Source: Pseudomonadota bacterium
GTDB lineage: Bacteria > Pseudomonadota > Alphaproteobacteria > Acetobacterales > Acetobacteraceae
Length of the DNA stretch: 64,000 nt
Direction: 5' to 3'
Assembly: GCA_021805665.1 (NCBI GenBank)
Contig: JAJZEV010000006.1
Span: 6 to 64,005, forward strand
The translations under genes were made by a program, and so were the position numbers. A model generated the notes under the pieces. That model saw only the letters and a list, made by a program, of their open reading frames with translations. It ran no database searches and was not told the DNA's origin. This document shows, piece by piece, positions 58,393 to 64,000 of the stretch (position 1 is its first letter; every line of letters starts with the position of its first letter).

Positions 58393-58465
58393 CGTCCGCT
58401 CCTGTTCCATCGCCGCCTTGGGCGGTATCCTTGCCCGGGCCGAGAGAGCCGACAAGGAGGAACCC

Positions 58466-58855
58466 ATGTCCGACAAGGAAGAAATTCGCGAACTGCTCGC
58501 CCGTTACTGTTTCGCGCTGGATGCCGATGGGTTCGAGGAGATGGCGGCGCTGTTCACCCCGGACGGGGTATGGGAAACGGCGTTCGGCACCGGAACCGGC
58601 AGGGCCGGGATCGTTGCGCAGGCCCAAAGCATCGCCATGGGGCCGAGACCGAGGCGGGTGCATCAGACGACCAACATCGCGATCGACCTGGACGGCGACA
58701 CCGCGACCGCTCGGTCCAACTGGATGCTGTTCCAGAACACCCCGGCGGGACCGGCGATCGGGTCGGGCGGGGCGTATTTCGACACGTTGGTGAAGGTCGA
58801 TGGCAGGTGGTTCTTCAAGCACCGCACCATCGACCGGTTCATCAAGGCGGATTGA
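58466..58855 (+). CDS. SnoaL_4/NTF2-like protein
   Basis: AGGAGG RBS; EIRELLARY...D, LFTPDG.W, H.TTN..I, G.Y.D.LVK..G.W. Confidence 0.87.
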   Translation: MSDKEEIRELLARYCFALDADGFEEMAALFTPDGVWETAFGTGTGRAGIVAQAQSIAMGPRPRRVHQTTNIAIDLDGDTATARSNWMLFQNTPAGPAIGSGGAYFDTLVKVDGRWFFKHRTIDRFIKAD

Positions 58856-58862
58856 GGCGCGC

Positions 58863-61193
58863 CTAAGCCGCCTTCGCCATTGCCATCGCGCGCCACACCC
58901 GTTCCGGCGTGGCCGGCATGTCGATATGCGTCACACCGTCGGCGCTGAGTGCGTCGATGATGGCGTTGATCACGGCTGGCGGGCTGCCGACCGCGCCCGC
59001 CTCACCCGCGCCCTTCACACCCAGCGGGTTGGATGCGCAGGGGACTTCGATCAATTCCACCTCGATATCGGGGAACTCATTGGCGCGCGGCATCGCGTAA
59101 TCCATGAAACTGCCGGACAGCAACTGGCCGGATACCGGATCGTACACCGTGTGCTCCAGCACTGCCTGGCCGAACCCCTGGGCCACGCCGCCGGCCACCT
59201 GGCCGCGCACGATCAGCGGATTGATCGCCTTGCCCACATCGTCGGTGACGCTGTAGCGCACCAGTTCGATGACGCCGGTTTCCGGGTCCACCTCCACCTC
59301 CGCGATGTGGCAGCCGTTCGGGAAGGTGTGGGCATCGATCGCCGCTACCTCGGCCGCATCCAGCAATGTCGCCGGTTCGCCGGCCGCGGCCTTCTTGCGC
59401 TGCGTCGCCGCCAGCGCAACGATATCGATCGTCCGGTCGGTGCCGACGATGGAGAACGTGCCGTCCGCGAACGCGATGTCGGCGACGGCGGCTTCCAGTT
59501 CCTCGGCTGCTGCCTGCTTGCCCTTGGCGATGACGGATTGGGAGGTCAGCAGGATCGCCTGGCCTTCCGAATACAGGCTGCGAGCGCCCCCGGTGCCGCC
59601 GCCGACCGGGATCGTGTCGGTGTCGCCCTGCCGGATGCGGATTTTGTCGCCGTCGATGCCCAGGTTGTTGGCGGTTAGCTGCACATAGGCCGTTTCGTGG
59701 CCCTGGCCGGTGGACTGGGTGCCGACATAAACATCGACAAACCCGTCGTCAGCGAACCGAATCTCCGCCCGTTCGGTGGGATCGCCGCCGGTGGCTTCCA
59801 GGTAATAGGCCAGTCCCAGGCCGCGCCGCTTGCCTGCCGCGGCCGCGGCGGCTTTCCTGGCGGGGAAGCCGGCGTAGTCCATGTGCCTGGTGGCGGCATC
59901 CAGCACCACGCGGAAGTCGCCGCTGTCGTAACTTTTGCCCACCGGGGTCGCATGCGGCATCGCATCCGGCAGCACCATGTTGCGTCGGCGCAGTTCCACC
60001 GGATCGATATGGAGCTCGCGCGCGGCGGCATCGACCAGCCGTTCCACCAGATAGTTGCTTTCGGGACGCCCGGCACCGCGATAGGCATCGACCGGGACCG
60101 TGTTGGTGAATACGCCAAGGACGTTGGCATAAATCGCCTTGAAGCCATAAACGCTGGCCAGGACGCCGGTCCCGGCATAGGTCGGAATATAGGGGGCGAA
60201 GGTGGACAGGTACGCGCCCATGTTGGCGATATTGCGGGTCCGCAGCGCGATGAATTTCCCGTCGGCGTCGGTCGCCAACTCACCGAGCGTCACGTTGTCG
60301 CGGCCCTGCGTGTCGCACAGGAAAGCCTCGCCGCGTTCGGCGGCCCACTTCACCGGGCGCCCCAGCTTGCGGCTTGCATAGCAGGTCAGGACGTGTTCGG
60401 CGTACAGGAACAGCTTCATGCCGAAGCCGCCGCCGACATCGGGGGTGATCACGCGGAACTTCTCGGGTTCGGTGCCGAACAGCGGCCCGATCAGGTTTTT
60501 CACCAGCCAGCCGCCCTGGGTGTTGGCATACAGCGTCCACCGCCCGGTCGTTGGATCGAAATCCGCCAGCGCGGCGCGGGCTTCGATGGAGTTCACCACG
60601 ATCCGGTTGTTGACGATCTTTAGTTTCGTAACGTGCGCGGCCCGGGCAAATTCCGCCTCGGTCGCCGCTTTGTCGCCAATCTCCCAGTCGAACGCCAGAT
60701 TGTGTTTTATCTCCGGCCAGACCAGCACGCCGCCCTTGTCCATCGCGGTCGGCAGGTCGGTGATGGACGGCAGGATGTCGTAATCCACCGCGATCGCCTC
60801 GGCCGCGTCGCGCGCCTGCTTGATGCTGCCGGCGACGACGAAGGCGACCGGGTCGCCGACATGGCGGACGGTGCCGTCGGCCAGCACGGGATGCGGCGGG
60901 GCTGCCTGCGGGGAGCCGTCGCGGTTGTTCAGCAGGGCGGCGCACGGCAGGGGGCCGATGCCGTCGGCCTTCAGGTCGGCGGCGGTGTAAATGCCGGCCA
61001 CGCCCGGCAGTTTGGCCGCTACGGCAGTGTCCAGCCGCGTGATCGCCGCCGCTGCGTGCGGGCTGCGCAGCACCACGCCGAACAGCATGCCCGGCAGCAC
61101 GATATCGTCGGTGTAGCGGCCGGCGCCTTTTAGCAGCCGGGGGTCCTCCACGCGGCGGACGGGCTGGGCGAGGCCGAACTTCGTTGTTGTCAT
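58863..61193 (-). CDS. Xanthine dehydrogenase-family molybdopterin subunit (form II CoxL-like)
   Basis: Start MTTTKFG; [28 protein letters not shown] active-site loop, [22 protein letters not shown]. Confidence 0.92.
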   Translation of the reverse strand: MTTTKFGLAQPVRRVEDPRLLKGAGRYTDDIVLPGMLFGVVLRSPHAAAAITRLDTAVAAKLPGVAGIYTAADLKADGIGPLPCAALLNNRDGSPQAAPPHPVLADGTVRHVGDPVAFVVAGSIKQARDAAEAIAVDYDILPSITDLPTAMDKGGVLVWPEIKHNLAFDWEIGDKAATEAEFARAAHVTKLKIVNNRIVVNSIEARAALADFDPTTGRWTLYANTQGGWLVKNLIGPLFGTEPEKFRVITPDVGGGFGMKLFLYAEHVLTCYASRKLGRPVKWAAERGEAFLCDTQGRDNVTLGELATDADGKFIALRTRNIANMGAYLSTFAPYIPTYAGTGVLASVYGFKAIYANVLGVFTNTVPVDAYRGAGRPESNYLVERLVDAAARELHIDPVELRRRNMVLPDAMPHATPVGKSYDSGDFRVVLDAATRHMDYAGFPARKAAAAAAGKRRGLGLAYYLEATGGDPTERAEIRFADDGFVDVYVGTQSTGQGHETAYVQLTANNLGIDGDKIRIRQGDTDTIPVGGGTGGARSLYSEGQAILLTSQSVIAKGKQAAAEELEAAVADIAFADGTFSIVGTDRTIDIVALAATQRKKAAAGEPATLLDAAEVAAIDAHTFPNGCHIAEVEVDPETGVIELVRYSVTDDVGKAINPLIVRGQVAGGVAQGFGQAVLEHTVYDPVSGQLLSGSFMDYAMPRANEFPDIEVELIEVPCASNPLGVKGAGEAGAVGSPPAVINAIIDALSADGVTHIDMPATPERVWRAMAMAKAA

Positions 61194-61282
61194 GGCGATG
61201 TTTCCCCGGGGGCTGTCGATGGGTATCGGAATCAGCATGTACGGTGTTGGCGGGAAAGGCCAAGGGGGGCGGATGAGGGACG

Positions 61283-61705
61283 CTATAATTGTGCGGGATA
61301 GCAAGCGGACGCTTGCAGGGCGATGTGGGGCAGCGGCGGCGGCAGTCCCGCCCAGAACGGCGAGGCGATCGTGACCATGTAAAACTGGCTGTAGGTTCCC
61401 CCGGTTCCGTAGCACTGCGACGTAGTACTCAGGGTGACGTTGCTTGCGGTGATTGCCCCGGCCACTGTCCAGTTGCCCGCCATCTGGACTGCATAGGCCG
61501 CGGGATCGGTGCAGGAACCAAGCGCCATGCATCGGGCGGTCATGGCGGCGGTGACCTGTAGTGCGTTCTTTGCCCACCAGAGCAGTCCGACATCGATTCC
61601 GCCGACCACCAGGCTCAGGAATATTCCCGCCGTGATGGCGAATTCGAGGACCACGTTGCCCTGCTGTGCCAGCCGAAAACGGCTGGCGGTTTGTTGGCGG
61701 GTCAA
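61283..61705 (-). CDS. TadE/TadF-like minor pilin
   Basis: TTG start overlapping the upstream TGA; QQG|NVVLEFAI prepilin motif with Glu+5; TM helix. Confidence 0.82.
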   Translation of the reverse strand: MTRQQTASRFRLAQQGNVVLEFAITAGIFLSLVVGGIDVGLLWWAKNALQVTAAMTARCMALGSCTDPAAYAVQMAGNWTVAGAITASNVTLSTTSQCYGTGGTYSQFYMVTIASPFWAGLPPPLPHIALQASACYPAQL

Positions 61706-62202
61706 TACAGCCTCACGACGGCGTTCTCTGTCAGCGCGGTGCTGGAGAGTGTGCTGTAGAACGGCATCATCGGGTTGTAGATATAGGAGGCCGTTATAAC
61801 CACATACGTTGCCGGAGCCTGACCGTTGGGGCATGCGGCGCCGGCCGTCGCGGCCGTCAGCGTGGCGGCCGGCGGCACGGTGCTGCTGTTGGAAATGCAG
61901 TCGAGGCTGGGTCCGGTCACAGTAACCGACACGTTCGGCAGATCGATACTGCTGACTATCTTCGCCTTAACATCGGTGGCGGACACCGCTTGCGCGGTGC
62001 CGGACACATTCTGTCCTTGGTTGAAGGCGTAAGCCGCGCCACCCGCCACTGCCGATGCGAGTTGGATACGATCCGAGAAGGCCAGCAGAAAGTCGCTCAA
62101 TCCCGCGAAGATCGTCAGCAGGACCGGAACCACCAGCGCAAATTCCAGCACCGCGACGCCGTCGCGGCTCAGAACAAATGTTTGTCGGATCGGGTACCTC
62201 AT
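61702..62202 (-). CDS. TadE-like minor pilin
   Basis: ATGA overlap with tadG; RDG|VAVLEFALVVP prepilin motif with Glu+5. Confidence 0.85.
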   Translation of the reverse strand: MRYPIRQTFVLSRDGVAVLEFALVVPVLLTIFAGLSDFLLAFSDRIQLASAVAGGAAYAFNQGQNVSGTAQAVSATDVKAKIVSSIDLPNVSVTVTGPSLDCISNSSTVPPAATLTAATAGAACPNGQAPATYVVITASYIYNPMMPFYSTLSSTALTENAVVRLY

Positions 62203-63503
62203 TGGGTCAGCCGAGCGATGCTGGGGAGGTCGTAGGTTGTGGGTACGCCGAAGCTGGCACAGCCAGAGGCGGCGAAGCTGCTGCTGCCGGCGAACGTCAC
62301 CGATTGGGCGACAGAAATGAGGCAGTTGGACAACGATGTTCCGTCGGTGGAATCGTTGGGCCAGTTCGTGCTTCCGGTAATGGTGACCGAACCGTTCGGC
62401 ATGTAGATCGCGCCGGTCAGGTTCTGAGTGGAATTGCCGTCGAATGCCACGCCGGCTCCCACGGACATCGACCCGAACAACAGTCCCGCCGTCGGGCCGC
62501 TGGTCGGGGCGCTGAGGTTCAGGGTTGAGCCGCCGTCGGCCTTTATGCTGCCGGTCGCGATGATGGTTACTCCCGATCCCGAGACCGAGCCGTTGCCGCC
62601 GAAGGAAACCGACCCGGCGACGTAATAGATTCCCGGGCTGAGCGTATAGGTGTTCGAGCCGAAGTTGAGCGAGCTGTACACCGAACCGGCGGGCGCTGGC
62701 CCAAAGCTGGTGCCGCCTGGCTGGGCGATTGGCGTGCCGCTGACGTTCAACACACCGCCGTAGGCCGATGCAAACGGGTCCGGAACCACTGGCATGGAGG
62801 TCGATTGCTGGTCGCAAGGCGTTTGCCCCGCCTGGCAGCTTTGATTGTAACTTCCGCCGATGGTCCCGCTGGCGACGATACTTGGCGTTCCGACCGTTGG
62901 CGTTCCGTTGAACTGGATGGAGGCGTCGGAGCGAAGGTTGCATCCGGACATTTGGATATTGGTGTTTTTGCCGCCGCTGATCGTGAGGTTGTCTGTCGTC
63001 GTGATGCTGTTGGAACTGCCGTTCAGGGCCAGGGCGCAGGACAGGTTGCCGCTGGCCCGGGGCGAGATCTGTGCCGCGGCGGTCGCGGAAACCGTCTGGG
63101 ACGATGTCGATAGGAACATGTTAGAAAACATCAGCGAGACGACCCGCTGCGCGGTGACCGCGATCGTTCCGGGGCTGACGAACGAGATCGAGGCGGAATA
63201 GTTCCCATAGTTGTCGGTCAGCGTGGTTGTGCCGTTGCCTCCGCGTGTACCGACCGGAAATCCGTTCAGTTCGATGACGTTCGCGGTAGTGCTGAGAGCG
63301 GAGGAGGCGCTTGCCGTGGATGCGTATAACCCCGCCCCGGCCAGTGCGGAGATATCCGCGATTCGTTGCAGTTCGGAACGGATGGACGCCCGGTAGCCGA
63401 TGTCGAACCCTACTGCCATCACTCCGATCATGATCGGCAATATCAGCGCGGTCACGGCCGATATCGTGCCGCGCTGTTCCGATTTGAACCGTGGATAGTG
63501 CAT
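62199..63503 (-). CDS. TadG-like pilus tip protein with Ser/Thr/Gly-rich C-terminal domain
   Basis: QRG|TISAV prepilin site lacking Glu+5, ELQRIADISALAGA Tad motif, C.LAL, LSPGIYYV and GAIY.PNG repeats. Confidence 0.82.
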   Translation of the reverse strand: MHYPRFKSEQRGTISAVTALILPIMIGVMAVGFDIGYRASIRSELQRIADISALAGAGLYASTASASSALSTTANVIELNGFPVGTRGGNGTTTLTDNYGNYSASISFVSPGTIAVTAQRVVSLMFSNMFLSTSSQTVSATAAAQISPRASGNLSCALALNGSSNSITTTDNLTISGGKNTNIQMSGCNLRSDASIQFNGTPTVGTPSIVASGTIGGSYNQSCQAGQTPCDQQSTSMPVVPDPFASAYGGVLNVSGTPIAQPGGTSFGPAPAGSVYSSLNFGSNTYTLSPGIYYVAGSVSFGGNGSVSGSGVTIIATGSIKADGGSTLNLSAPTSGPTAGLLFGSMSVGAGVAFDGNSTQNLTGAIYMPNGSVTITGSTNWPNDSTDGTSLSNCLISVAQSVTFAGSSSFAASGCASFGVPTTYDLPSIARLTQ

Positions 63504-63705
63504 GGCTTCGGCAAGACGGAGCAGCGACCTTCTTCCGACGGCCCGGGATGGCGCGGCAACAATACACCCAATCCCGATCGCATCGAGAGACCGGCGCCTC
63601 GTGCCCGCTTGCGCCGGGAGAAAGGTTGTCAGCTTGAGCATGGGAGCATTTAGGGAAAACGATTCTGTTGCCGATGTAAATATCTACCACCAGTCCGCGG
63701 AAAGC

Positions 63706-63778
63706 CCAATTGGAGAACGACGATTGCTGTTCCGAAGGGAGCGGTGACACGCCAGAAGAATCGTCCTGCTCCAATTGG
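63706..63778. repeat. 20-bp-arm inverted repeat, each arm containing the palindrome CCAATTGG
   Basis: ccaattggagaacgacgatt (63706-25) vs aatcgtcctgctccaattgg (63759-78): 18/20 complementary, 33-nt spacer. Confidence 0.7.
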
Positions 63779-64000
63779 TATCCGGCGGCAGCGTCAAAGC
63801 CCACATCGAAGGCGCTGGGGGTCCCGCCCGCCCAAAGCCGTTGAAACGGCGCACCGATATACCGGCACGCACCCGCGCTGGTTCCCGGCCCGATCCCAAC
63901 GTCCATGGCCAAAGCGCGACCGAACCCGCGTTCAACCGCGTTCGCCGTGCAATTCACCCTGGAAAGCCGCGAAAGGTTGCGTAGGATGCGCCATCGCCTT

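Noticed and set aside
58863-61193. Bona fide aerobic CO dehydrogenase
   Set aside because: The loop is AYRGAGR (form II), not AYxCSFR, and there are no coxM/coxS/coxDEF genes
112-61577. Long N-terminal extensions in the ORF track (ettA, hemF, petC, Wzx, PIG3 oxidoreductase, amidase, SDRs, CoxL, TadE)
   Set aside because: They arise from upstream in-frame starts overlapping neighbouring genes; starts were trimmed to RBS- or overlap-supported codons
63555-63570. sigma54-like TGGGTGTATTGTTGCC upstream of tadG (minus strand)
   Set aside because: GG-N10-GC spacing is correct but the -24 element (TGGCAC) is poorly matched; too weak to call
63955-63990. c-di-GMP-I riboswitch-like GGAAA...GAAA
   Set aside because: The stem flanking GAAA does not pair, the GACGCAAAG element is absent, and it points away from tadG
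1-64000. CRISPR arrays, tRNA/rRNA genes, prophage, REP family
   Set aside because: No repeat-spacer periodicity, cloverleaf or rRNA signatures, or phage hallmark genes were seen; the intergenic hairpins differ in sequence, so they are not one repeat family

Overview
GC-rich alphaproteobacterial chromosome segment; gene content suggests Acetobacteraceae/Rhodospirillales (inference). Core genes: ettA, hemF, petABC-mtnP, sdhCDAB, pleD/rpmG, thiE-fbaB, zapA-6S RNA-ymdB-yebC, folB. These are interleaved with a ~17 kb catabolic/redox block (12.4-29.2 kb: XylD-like dehydratase, Baeyer-Villiger monooxygenase, creatininase, amidohydrolase, FAH, enoyl-CoA hydratase, two F420-family LLM oxidoreductases, SurE, SnoaL, SDRs, Zn-ADH plus class II aldolase) and scattered surface-glycan genes (O-antigen ligase-like, Wzx, GT2). 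An ACP-MBOAT-SGNH acylation cassette lies between ymdB and yebC, and a TadG-TadE-TadE pilin trio ends the window. Features absent from the ORF track: rpmG, 6S RNA, a decayed IS5 transposase, a frameshifted molybdo-hydroxylase pseudogene, a possible ygfA scar, and sigma-EcfG-, sigma54- and sigma70-like promoter motifs. The best candidates for something new are the ACP-MBOAT-SGNH cassette, an HtrA-like protein lacking all three catalytic residues, a 78-aa ORF coupled to an LLM-SDR-SnoaL operon, and F420-family enzymes in this lineage. No CRISPR, rRNA, tRNA or prophage was seen. All family assignments come from motif recognition by eye; no database searches were run.
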